From Leucoraja ocellata (Eukaryota), in contig JAWMAR010000252.1 of the NCBI GenBank assembly GCA_036785375.1, positions 186,001 to 250,000 of the forward strand: a DNA stretch of 64,000 nt. The letters run 5' to 3'. Under the pieces are notes generated by a model. That model had not been told where the DNA came from, searched no databases, and saw only the letters and a list, made by a program, of their open reading frames with translations. A program made the position numbers and the translations under genes. Every line of letters starts with the position of its first letter. Position 1 is the first letter of the stretch. Below, in pieces: positions 52,290 to 64,000 of the stretch.

Positions 52290-53926
52290 CCCATACTGTT
52301 CAGCCACTGTACAAATGGGAGCCATTGGGACTGCAGCTAACTTCTTCAAGTCCTTTTTATAGATTTGGGGTAGCTCATATTTCTCATCATACCCATATCT
52401 ATATGGCTCATTGTCTAAACTTCCCCAGTCAATGTCATCTCCACCCACTGGCAGCCACCACCATTCTCACTCATGGTTTCTCATGTTACTCATCCTATGT
52501 GCGCTCCACTGCTGCTAATTTTACCCTATCTTGTTGGTTCTCAACCATGGCTGCGAGTAAATTTACCCCTGTTTAATTTTTACCCTTTCCTTATCTCCAC
52601 CACCATGATTTGTAGTCACCAAGGAGTAACTCGGGTATTTTTCTCTTAATTTTTTATTATGATCCATAATTTTTTGTACTATGGATCAATTGGTTTTCTT
52701 ATCAGTAGCCATCATCAATACGTCGAATACCCTACTGATACTTTATATTATTTTAAACCACCTTCAGGTTTCTCCCCAGCACAAGCTGCCTTTGTGTCTT
52801 ATTTCACTGGACCAGTACTTGTCGTCTTATATATATATCATTGTGATAAAGACGGTTCCGAGTCAGATTCAATACCATCAGTTTAGGCTTTTAAATAGTC
52901 TTAATTCATATGTTTACCCTTTGCCTCTCTCAGTATTCCAAAACTGCTATGTAGGAGTTGACAGAAAATTGATACCACTCACACAGTTCAATTCAAACTT
53001 GCCCCAAAAGGTCTTGAGTGATAAATCCATCATATTGGATGACTAATCCATCATATAATTTGTGTGATAGTCACTCTGTTTTTCTGCCTCTTCTGCATAA
53101 ATTTTAACATGTTTCCATCTTATAATAGCACCTAATGTCTTATATATTTAATTGGATCAATACTTTTCATCTTATAACTTTTCATCGCTTTTCATCTTAT
53201 ACATTTCATCTTGACAGTATTGAACGTCTTACATCACCATGTTTTAATACTCTACCCATCTTGCCCAGCAAAATCATCCATGATTTATTTTTCCTCCAAA
53301 TTGTTCTCTAAGTACCACAATTTTCAGTTGTCTGACAACAGTATGGGATCTACTGCAACTATAGGTGGTAAAATTAAACATAATCACCCAATAAGGAGCC
53401 ACACAATTGACAGCCGCCCTGCTCGCTGCTCCATTTGTTGGAGGGTATTATGTTTGACCTGTACCCTTTCACTTGGGGCCCACTCAGCCTCTTTATTACA
53501 GCTTAGATCGGGTGTGCCCACAAAGAAAATCTTGTAGAGCAGCGGTGAATTTCTCAAACAAGTCGGTTTATTCAAGGCCTTAACAGTATCGTGGAAGCAC
53601 TCTGAGAGAACCCAAAATGCCTCACAGCACCCACAGCCTTTTAATATCCGGCAACACCATAGTTACATGCGGATTTTATATTTTTGAAGTAATTCAACAG
53701 TGATTAACCTTTCTGTTCTCTCTTCATTAGAAAACCTTTGACCGATTTGTCTTGCAAATGGGTGTCAAAAAGTGACTTATCTTATCTCATGATTAGTTAC
53801 ATTGCCTTCAGCCTGCCTCGTTTAAAACCCGCTGTGTTTAGTTCCACGCCTTGAAAACAAAATACTTCATAAATCTAGTTATTGCCTCGCCTAACGAGCT
53901 ATTTTGGCCTCCTCCGTGCTACTACA
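52290..53926 (-). mobile_element. Truncated LTR element: LTR (53436-53926), tRNA-Ser PBS and decayed internal region
   Basis: TGT...ACA termini, TATTAAAA and AATAAA, then AA-TGGAGCAGCGAGCAGGG (53417-53433), one mismatch from the complement of the tRNA-Ser(UGA) 3' end CCCTGCTCGCTGCGCCA. Confidence 0.7.
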
Positions 53927-54169
53927 GTTTGTAAACTCTTGGGTTAAATATTTTACTCTTGGGTTTAATTGTTATAAATATTGCCCAATTTCTCACAGTT
54001 TCCAGAATTTCCTCTATCACAAGGCAATCCGTATTCACCTTTCATATTACTAGGCATGTTGCAATGTAAAAAATGTCCACATAATGAAGAGGGTGTAGCC
54101 AAATTATCTTTAAAAAATGTTTTGTGATGCTTTAAAGTGTTCGTGATGAATGGAAACACGAAAATCAAG

Positions 54170-54700
54170 AAAGGACTGGAAAGGTGCTGGAAAAAATAGA
54201 CTGCTGGAAGAACTCTGGGTCGAGTAGCATTCGTGGAGGCAAAGGGATGCTGTACATTTCAGGTGGAGACTCTGGATTAGGACTGAGTGTAGAGAGAAAA
54301 TAGTTTATAGAAGTGAGAGGGAGGCGTGTAGGCAATATGTGGAACCATATGAGGGAGTGTGAAATGCAGATGGAGCAGGTGGGTGAATGATAAGAAAGGT
54401 GAACAAAGGGAAAAGAAAACCCAGATAGGTAGTTATGTTGGTGATGGGAAGATTAAATCCGGTGCGGGATAGGAATGAGTCTGGGTAACCGGGGGGGGGG
54501 GGGGGGCATTCAAAAGGTGAACAAAGGAAAAGAGAACCTGGGTGGACTGGTGTGAAAGGAACACAAAGGAATGGGTTATCTGAAATTGGAAAATTCAATG
54601 TTCATGCCTTGTAGGTTATCAAGACAGAATGTAGATGTTGCATTTCTACCTTGTACTTGGCCTCACCCTGGAGAAGGCAGAGGACAGGCAAGCTAGTGTG
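54170..54700 (-). mobile_element. Penelope-like element 3' remnant
   Basis: GMNIEFSNFR* motif on the minus strand plus a purine-rich UTR. Confidence 0.55.
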
Positions 54701-56385
54701 GGACTGGAAGGTGAAGTTGAAGTGATAAGCAACTGGAAGTTCGGGATGGCCATTGTGTATAGTACACAACTGCTTCCAGGGACCACTTTCTGGTGTTTAA
54801 TTAGGTCATAACATGGATTATAGAAAAACATCTAAAAAAGATGGGAGTGAAAGACGAGGAAGGAAAGAGACAACGCACACCCACTCTCACATCCACGAAC
54901 AAACACATTGACTTCTAAAGCCTCTTCTATGTGGAAATTGTAGGTTATTAAATCAGAAAACTGATAATGAGCATCAGTCAATTGGATGGACAATTACAGC
55001 AGTCAAAAAATAAATACATTTAGACACCCAACTATTTCTAGAAATTATCATTGATATAAAGGGGGAAACATGAATTTCTGAAAACCTTGAATAGGCACAA
55101 GAAAAGTGCAATGGTAATGCAAGTGTAAGTGCAAGAAAAGACACTGCTTCCTTTGAACAAAGAAAGCTTCTCTGGCTGTTCAAGATTGTTGACGCTTTAT
55201 GTGTTTCTGTTTATTCTGTGTTTTCTCGGTTTAAATCTTGTTTCTTTCCTGGCTTGAAACTTTTGTAGGTTGAATGCCTGTGAGAGAGAACCTGGGTGGA
55301 CTGGTCGGAAAGGAACACAGTGGGAATGTGTATTTAGGCATTCTTTTTGATCTAAAAATGGACAGCATTCATTTATAGATATATAAATGACTTGGACGTT
55401 ATTGTAAGTTAATGTTGGTGAGTGAGTTTGCAACTGACACCAGCTATGCTGCAGTATACTGCAGGATATAGATCAGCTGCAGAAACCGGCGTAGAAATGT
55501 CAGAGTTTAATCTGAGCAAATGTGAAGTGTTGCACTTTGGGAGGTCACATGTAAGTACTATATCCAATTAATGGGAAGATTCTTTGATGTACGGTGAGAT
55601 CTCGGGGTTTAAGTTCATTGATCCCTGATGCCATCCTTCCTCACATCTACTGCTCTTCAATCTGTCCTGATCTGCAAGCTGCAAGCATGGAGTTTGTGCA
55701 ATCTTCGTTCATTTTGCATATCACGTATTCAACAACTGGAACGTGTCTTGACACCGAAAAAATGTGTGATAGGAAGTGAAGGTGATCTAGTGCCACTAGA
55801 TTTCGCAGTTATAGGGACTGACACAGCACCTGACTTAGAAATCACAGTTAGAGCTAAAATGTACACATATTGAGAGGTGGGAATAAGAGAATAAGGGAGC
55901 TGGGATCGAGGGAGAAGGTAGGCTAGGCTTCAGCTCACCAAATTGTACTCAGAAATGTTTCTGCTTTCTTCTAATAAGTTGCTGTCACTGTTGCCCTCAT
56001 CCTCCTGATCATACTTAATGTCATCATGAGAAAGCATCACCAGCAGCAAGGCTACAAATGCCTGGGAGCATCTGCTTTGAGCAGAAAGCTTGCAGCCATT
56101 AAAGGTAGTTTACCACCTCCAGTCATAGCACTCCCACTAGGCGAGTGAAACTAAACAGGTTTGATGGTCACAGCCAATTTTGTCATAATCACTGCATATT
56201 TTAGAAGAAATACCCCTTTAACTAATCTGAAGGCACCATGATCTTTTCAACCAGAACTATTCAGGTGTGGGAGGATAGGTGTGTTTCAGTTGTTGAATAT
56301 GTATTTATCTGAGTGAGATCAAGAGCTGCAATGTGCTCTGGTGTCAAATCAGTGCAATGGCCTAAAACGCAGTGCAATGGCCTTA

Positions 56386-57652
56386 CATAGACATAGACAT
56401 AGAACATAGAAAATAGGTGCAGGAGGAGGCCAATCGGCCCTTCGAGCCAGCACCCCCATTCATTGCTTTCATGGCTGATCGTCCCCAATCAATAACCCGT
56501 GCCTGCCTTTTTCCCATATCCCTTGATTCCACTCGCCCCTAGAGCTCTATCTAACTCTCTCTTAAATCCATCCAGTGATTTGGCCTCCATTGCCCTCTGT
56601 GGCAGGGAATTCCACAAATTCACAACTTTCTGGGTTTGCTTCCTGTCTGCCAACCAATTTTCTATTTGTGGGCAGACAACCATCAGGCTATTGAACATTA
56701 CAGACAGCAACTAAATTTCGGACTATGAACTGTCTTTGTCGCAGTAGCGACTTCGGGCTTTTGTTATGTTTTGCACTAATATTGGGACTTTTTTTAATTT
56801 ATTGAACTATTTTTCTCACCTCAGTCTTAAATGGCCTCCCCTTTATTCTAAGACTGTGGCCCCTGGTTCTGGACTCGCCCAACATTGGGAGCATTTTTCC
56901 TGCATCTAGCTTGTCCAGTCCTTTTATAATTTTTATGTTTCTATAAGATTCCCCCTCATCCTTCTAAACTCCAGTGAATACAAGCCCAGTCTTTTGAATC
57001 TTTCCTCATATGACAGTCCCGCCATCCCAGGGATCAATCTCGTGAACCTACTGCCTCAATCACAGGATGTCCTTCCTCAAATTAGGAGACCAAAACTGTA
57101 CGCAATACTCCAGATGTGGTCTTACCAGAGCCCTATACAACTGCAGAAGAACCTCTCTACTCCTATACTGAAATCCTCTTGTTATGAAGGCCAACATTCC
57201 ATTAGCTTTCTTCACTGCCTGCTGTACCTGTAAACCAACTTTCAGTAACCAGTGTACAAGGACACCCAGGTCTCGCTGTACCTCCCACTTACCTAACCTA
57301 ACCCCATTGAGATAATAAGCTGCCCCCTTGTTTTTGCCACCAAAGTGGATAACCTCACATTATCTATATTATACCGCATCTGCCATGCATCTGCCCACTC
57401 ACTCAACCTGTCCAGGTCACCCTGCAACCTCCTAACATCTTCTTCACAGTTCACACTGCCACCCAGCTTTGTGTCATCCGCAAACTTGCTAGTGTTGCTC
57501 CAAATTCCCTCTTCTAAATCATTAATATATATGGTAAACAGTTGCGGCCCCAACACCGAGCCTTTCAGCACTCCACTCGCCACTGCCTGCCATTCTGAAA
57601 AGGACCCATTCACTCCTACTCTTTGCTTCCTGTCTGCCAACCAATTTTCTAT
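56386..57652 (-). mobile_element. CR1 LINE, 5'-truncated
   Basis: WLADRKQRVGVNGSFSEW...GSVLGPQLFTIYINDL...KFADDTKL RT motifs, CR1 3' UTR, (ctatgt)n tail. Confidence 0.9.
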
Positions 57653-58760
57653 TTGTGGGCAGACAACCATCAGACTATTGAACATTACAAACACCAACTA
57701 AATTTCAGACTTCGAACTGTCTTTGTCGCACTAGCGACTTCGGGCTTTTGTTTTGCTTTGCACTAATATTGGGACCTTTTTTTTAAATTTATTGATCTGT
57801 TTTTGTTTGTTTTATCAATAGAACTATCAAAGTTCTATTGAGTACTGTGTTTACTGACCTATTATGCTGCTGCAAGTAAAATTTAATTGTTCCATTATCA
57901 AGTGCTATTGAACACATGAAAGACCTAGGTTAAAATTCAACCTGGTTCCATTTCTGAGCCTCAGCTCATGAGATTCAAGGGCCCCACTTAAACAAATGGG
58001 AGAGATACTTACTCATTGTGAATTAATTTGTCACACTGGGTCCATTGTGGCTTCAGGGCCCTAATGAAATTATTCAGCGGCCTAATGTTAGTTGTAGCCT
58101 ATTGCCATTTTACCCTGAAAGAAACATATGACATATATATCCATGTGCCTACAGTGTCCTGTTTGCATGACGTATCTCTCTTTTGCTCTCCTGCAGGGTG
58201 ATATAGAGACATATCAGTTATGGTTGTAGAGGATGCCTACTTGGAAATTATACATACACGCATTTCTAATCTTTTCATTGCTTCAATGTAATATCCCTGC
58301 AAATTGAGAAAACGCAAAGTCGTGTGCAACTACAGTATGGGAATTGTTGCATTTGCTGTCGAATGTATGAAAAGCTGTTAAACAAGGAAATTGTGTTTGC
58401 TTTTCAAATCTAATTTGAAATGTCTAGTGAAGTGACTTTGTCAATGGTGGAGTAATGTTACTACTGCAGTAGGGACACAAGAGACTCACGATGCTGGAAC
58501 CTTGAAAACTTGAGCAATACAGAAACAACTTGTCGGAGGAACTAAGCTGAACAAGCAGCAACTGTGGAGACAAATGAACAGATGGCATTCCAGGTCGAGG
58601 TCCTTCTTCCTTCAGGGATAATGGAAAGAATCTGATTCTCAGAAACTGGGGTCATGGTGACCTACCTGGTTACATAATTCTCCCTGGTTTCATGAATTGA
58701 TGGTGAACTAGGTTCCAGAAACCAGTCTCAGTCTACCCCACGACAGAAGGGGAGGAGTTG

Positions 58761-59752
58761 TGTAGGGGTTTTGCATTTCCCTTTATTTCCCTTCGGGCCC
58801 AACTGCCCGAGTTATTCTCTCCCTTGTCGGAGGATCAAACGGCCACCACTCCACTCGAGCGGTTTCCAAGAGAGAGAATACAACAAAAGGGATTCCCCTA
58901 GGTTCTAGACCTCAGAATTATGGTGGGATACGATAAAAGGTTGAATTGACCAGAGTGTGCTGATGAGGGAAAACAGAAACCAAGATGGAGTCAAAGCAAG
59001 TCTAAAATTTACAGGCTTTATTAAACAATGAGAAATCTAATCTCACCAACACTACATAATACGTGGCTAAACTTATGCTTTAAACTAAGACTATGGACGG
59101 AAAACTATTGGGCACGTCGTAAAACTTACTTTACACAATTTTACCCCCCTTTTATCTTCTTAACCTCTATCCTATTTCGGGAATTTCACCAGGTCACTGG
59201 GGTACTTACAGTTGGGCTCACGAGCCGTCCAGCAGAGCAGAAAGAGAGAGAGAGTTCTGGCTTGACTCCTGTTTTTATACCTGAGCTTACTTTGAAACCC
59301 CCAGGTGGTCCTCTGGATGAAAAGGGTTCTTTTGATGATTCCCAGTTTCGATCTGGCATGAACAATAGGTTTCTGATGATAAGGGGCTTGCTGATGTCAT
59401 GATCCATCAGCCTGATCGTTATCCCATCGCCTGGACGGGCTCCTATTGTCTCGATGGATGGGTCATCCAAGATGGTGATTGAGCTTGAGCTGGCCTGTTT
59501 ACCACCGTCCGCTGATGCTTGGTTCCTTCCTTTGTGTATCCAAGATAATCTCGTTATCTCCGTCTCAGCCTTTCCTCCCCACACCATTCGCACAGTTGTT
59601 TGATGCCCAAGTCCACAGGCCAGACAGGTTTGAATCTTTCTTTGTGGATTGGGGGTTTTTCCGTTGCAGCCAGGAAATTTGTCATTTTAAAATGTCCATG
59701 TCCTTATCCGAGTTCTTCCATGATTTTGGAGGATTTGCTCCAATAACTTACA
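58761..59752 (-). mobile_element. 3' LTR of the env-bearing retroelement
   Basis: TGTAAG...CCTACA on the minus strand, preceded by purine-rich GTAGGGGCA; matches the solo LTR at 11409-12379. Confidence 0.92.
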
Positions 59753-60038
59753 TGCCCCTACGATACGTCCAGGCTTGCACGGACCATATCGATTGACAAA
59801 GTTAGTGGGCAATCCTCAAGCCTCAAGAGCTGTAAACACTCCTGGTGAGAAGGTGAAATTATGTACCCAGAAAGCCCCCTTAATTGCTAAACTAGGCCCT
59901 CAAAGCACATTAACTTACACTATACACCTTTTACTTTACATCAATCCCACAAACCATACAGTACCCTCACGACCATTCCCTGAAAACGCAGGGATTACAA
60001 CATATGTACAAAAACTATTGCACTAGAGTACAGACATT

Positions 60039-61667
60039 TTACAGTGATGGGATGTCATTTCGGTGACGTCGGGCGGCTCGATTTACCAGCTGTTGTAATT
60101 TGGCCATCCTCCTCCGCCTATTAAATTTGTAATTAATGCATAGCAAATACAGCACAATTATCCTCTGGCAGATGATCAGAACATGGGACACGATGCGGAC
60201 CCATGCTGGAACTATGATCCAGGACTCCAGGTCTCACCAACTTGGAGACTTGATCTCTTCGATCTCCCTGGCGTTATCCATAGTCTTTTGTTCCAGGGAG
60301 AAGAAGTGTTTGTGGGACAACTCGACCGTCACCAGCAACTCTTTTAATTTTTCATTCACTGGGGGAATATCATACCCAAAATGGGCAACATAGTTAAATA
60401 AGTCAGTTACATTTTCTCGTACCGAGAGGTGAACCGAAGAAGGTTCCGGGATGGGTAATATTCGCTGCTGTGCCACATGGACTTCTGCCCTGGGTTTAAA
60501 GCAGAAGCTGCTGTGCGGTATCGGGCACCACCGCTGTGATCCGTGCTGATACCGCTGGGCACTTGTGGTGACACAGTACGTCCCACTGCATATATACGCC
60601 ACCTGTGGAGGGACATGGTCTGCCGCCATCGCCTCCATGGTGCAGTTTATAGGCTGTGCCCCAACAACCCTGAACCCACACTGAGGCCTAGCCTCAGCGC
60701 CCATGTGCTGGGGACACAGGATTACCTGTGCTCCCCGGCTCCGACAACCCAAAAGGTCAATGCCTGTCACAGCTTGCTCCCTCACTATGACATAGGGCGG
60801 GACCTTCCCGTAGCGAATATGCACCCCCCCACGAACAACTCCCACGTTCTCCACTCGGTACAGAGGAGCTGGTCGTGCCGAGGTTCCCATCACCGGGATT
60901 CTTACAACCACTCCCATTATGGTGTGATTGGATTTTCCGCAATCCACCGGTACCGGGTAGGCCTCGGAGGCCACACGAAGCTGACAAGGACTCAAAGTGC
61001 TGTTATAAGGGTGTAGCGCTGCTGGGTGCTGGTTGCTTATCCAGGAGGGGACCCGACCTTGCCTCAGGTCTTCCAGGTTGCTTCTCCCCTCCCCCAACAA
61101 CCACACACCATACAGCCCACACACCTCATTCTGTGCAGCCTGATCGGACGCCTGATCGGACCTCTTTAATCAAAGCGTTTATCGTTTTTGCATGTGTCTC
61201 CAATTGTGCTATGATTTCTTTTAGATGTAGAGTCATTGCCACCTCTTCGTGCAGTCCCGAACCTACCACCGAATTTTCATCCCCCAGAACCTTTCGTAAC
61301 TGGCCCTTCAACTGATTGATCTGCAAGGCCAGTTCTACGTAGTCTATGCTATTAATAATAGAAGTCCCCGTGTTAAATGCTGTAAACCCGTCGTTAACCA
61401 CCCCTTGTCTTTACCTACCGGACCCCAAAGTGAAATCCCCTCCCCCGCGGTACATCTCTTCTATGTCTATGTCCCCAAAATCCAGGTTGTGGAATTTCTG
61501 GAACATGTCTTTTAGCAGGGCCTGATATAATAATTCCGTCTCGTGGGGGCACCATGCGGGTAACCGCACTTTCAGTCAAATCCGATGGACTCCTCCGTGT
61601 CCCCGTGATGCGCCACGCACGTCCGGAGGCACATCATTGCCATCATCCATACGGCGGGGCTACTGAT
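60039..61667 (-). pseudogene. env-like class I fusion glycoprotein (F-protein-like), disrupted
   Basis: Splice acceptor at 61668, hydrophobic leader, R*RQ|GVVNDGFTAFNTGTSIINSID (decayed cleavage site and fusion peptide), heptad region, Cys-rich domain, second heptad, W*DLESW, TM segment, basic tail. Contains stops and frameshifts. Confidence 0.75.
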
Positions 61668-61855
61668 CTGGAAAACAAAGCAAAACACCTCCTTGCCTCC
61701 ACAAAGCTATCCGCCTAAAATGGCATTTGGGGTTTTGATTTTGTCTGTTGTGGTTTACTTTTCCACAGCACATCCCTTCGATCCCGTACTGTCTGTCCCT
61801 GTACTCCCCTGTAGCTATACAAAACCCTATATCTAATTACGCTAACTACATCTAC

Positions 61856-62640
61856 TTACACACAAACCAATGCTATATACAACGCCACCCATCTCCGGGT
61901 GGCCAACTCATAACTGGTCCCCGTCACGCTGGGGCCACCCCTCTGGTGGGCCCACCCATGCAGGCCAGAACTCCTCCTGTCGAGGGGCCTGTCACTCCTA
62001 CGTCTGACTGGGGGTTCCCACACCAGAGGTGATACCTCCATCTCCTCTGTTTCTGCTAGTTCTACCTCTCTTAGGCAGTCTACGGTACCTGCATGCGGAG
62101 GGCTGGAGTCGGCCTCCTTCTCCGCTGCTTCCAGTCCTCGTCCCGGAACACAGCCGGCTACTTCAGGCTGACTACCTGTGGACTCGCCTGGCTCCCCTAC
62201 GGTTTCCACATCAACCCGGGTCTGTTCCTGATCTTTACCCCCATACGGTCCCTCTACCTGCAAATGGCTGCTGAGGCAGCCTTTAAAATGGGGTCTTGTG
62301 CCTGGATCGTGGTCAGGTCCGGGGCCAAAACCACTCCCGCACTCTCCTTTTCTCGAGGCTGCTCCCTGGCTGCAGCTACCTGTCCTTCCTCATGGGGATC
62401 CCATGCTTTCCCACTCCTGACTCCTTCTCTGGCCCTCTGATTTCCCTCGCCCCGTGGACTATAGGGCACCCCACTAGATAGAGGGGATGTACGGGGGTTG
62501 TCCGTGTGGACAATGCTACTGGAAGCACCAATGTCCAGCAGATAACTCCCGACCACATCCTGGACCTCCATCTTGACCCAGGGTCTCCCACATGGGCCAT
62601 ACTCTAACGGGCATAGGAATATGGGCTGTTTCGCTGGCAG
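61856..62640 (-). pseudogene. Internally deleted pol (half protease, RNase H end, integrase N-terminal stub, pol tail)
   Basis: YLLDIGASSSIV protease motif, GEGNQRA.REG RNase H-like C-terminus, DLTTIQAQDPIL, RRSDR tail. No RT or DDE core in under 0.8 kb. Confidence 0.7.
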
Positions 62641-64000
62641 TCATAAAGGTGCCGGGGGTGCGGATACGGGCGCGCCCTGGCCTGTTGCCATGGCTACCTG
62701 TCCGGACCCTCCCGCCTTGGACTGCAAATAGTTCAATAGATCTCTTACAGCTATTGTTCCCGGCAATGCCGCTCCCTTCTCCGGGGCTGGGTCGACTGTT
62801 ACCAGGGTCCTATCCCCACTGCTCTACTTGGGTTTCGGCACTCCCTCTTGTAGTGCCCGGGCTTCCCACACCCATAGCACACCAGCCTCATCTCGGATGA
62901 GGTCTGGCTGCCTTCCTGTTTCCACTGCCTCTTTTTTGGGGGTGCCGGTACTATTTCGTGCACCTTGCCCTTAAAGGGCTTCTCCTCACTTCTCCCCCCA
63001 TTGCGGTATGCAAGGGTGAACTTCCTGATCACCTCCGCCTCGTTAAGGTTTGGGTCAGCTGGGTTGAACCAGTGCTCGGCCCTTGCCCTAACTCGCGGGA
63101 GGCAATTCGCCACCAGAGTCTTCAGCCAGTGAGCTGTTCTCTCATCTAAATTCTGCCTATCTAAAGGCATCCCACATGCTCCCTCATACACTGCCCACAG
63201 CCTGTCTGCGAACATGTCCGGGGACTCAGCTACCTGCTGCTTTGTCTCCCCCACCCTGGTGAAAGGACTACCCTGATTCAACCCCATGGCCTCCAGAACC
63301 GCTGTCTGTGCCGCTACCCATGTTTCAGGTCTTCCCCCTTCCCTGGAGGTCACCGCCTTGCATAGGTATGAATCTAGGGTCATCAGTAGTAGCTTTACCC
63401 ATTCTACCTCATCGCAATCGTTTATGTCGGCTGCCTGCTGCACCTCCATAAAATGCAATGACGGGTCTCCCGCCCTGGTTAACCTGGGAAAGTGAGCCAC
63501 TGTCCCCCTCAGCACATGTGCCCCATGGGCAATGATGATATCACTCTCTATGGGCCCCCTATCTGCCTGCCCTACCGGGGGACCATATTTCCTTTGCCGT
63601 ACCGGGCACATCTGCCCTACCCAGGGCTGTTGCCCATTTACCCCCGGCTCTCCCACCATGAACGGTAACTCCACCACCTCGTGGTGTGCTACACATGGCG
63701 CGGAAGCCGCTAACTGAGGGTGCTCTCCCACCCCTCCTTGGGCCTGTCCCTCCCCGGACAACCCGAACCCCACCTGCCGACCCGGACCTATCCCCAGCGC
63801 CTCAGGAGGCGGTCTGGTCTATTCCCCTTTGCCCCTGGGGAATCATCTGCTGAGGGAAGCCCTCTGCCCCCGGGGGACCCCCCTGGTCCTACCTGGTGAA
63901 CCCGTCCCCGAGTCTTGGACAGAGTCTCCTCCAGCTGCGCTATCCTTGCCTGGCAAGGCCTGTGATCATTATCCACTAGCTCACTACGGGCCACCCTGTA
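62641..64000 (-). pseudogene. gag with CCHC zinc knuckle (runs off right edge; two frameshifts)
   Basis: CYGCGKPGHYKREC at 62838-62879; capsid-like helical region in ORF 62799-63773; ends at TGA 62641-62643 in frame with the protease. Confidence 0.85.

Overview
AT-rich vertebrate genomic DNA; the repeat content (HE1/V-SINE-type tRNA SINEs, CR1, Rex1, Penelope remnants) suggests a cartilaginous fish, probably a skate or ray (inference). The left half holds 15 consecutive, phase-compatible GT-AG coding exons of a minus-strand laminin beta-4 (LAMB4) gene covering LN, LE1-5 and the start of the LF domain. The gene runs off the left edge, and I could not confidently place the ATG exon. One exon (4499-4627) has no counterpart in human LAMB4 as I recall it and ends in a polybasic, convertase-like site. 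The right half is repeat-dense. It contains two tail-to-tail BEL/Pao gag copies (one appears to be the spliced form of the other; the unspliced one is split by a 3.8-kb L1), an LTR with a tRNA-Ser PBS, and an internally deleted LTR retroelement at the right end. That element has a CCHC gag, a UGA-readthrough protease and an envelope resembling paramyxovirus/pneumovirus-type F proteins (lokiretrovirus-like). A solo LTR of the same family lies in a LAMB4 intron. All calls were made by eye, with no database searches.
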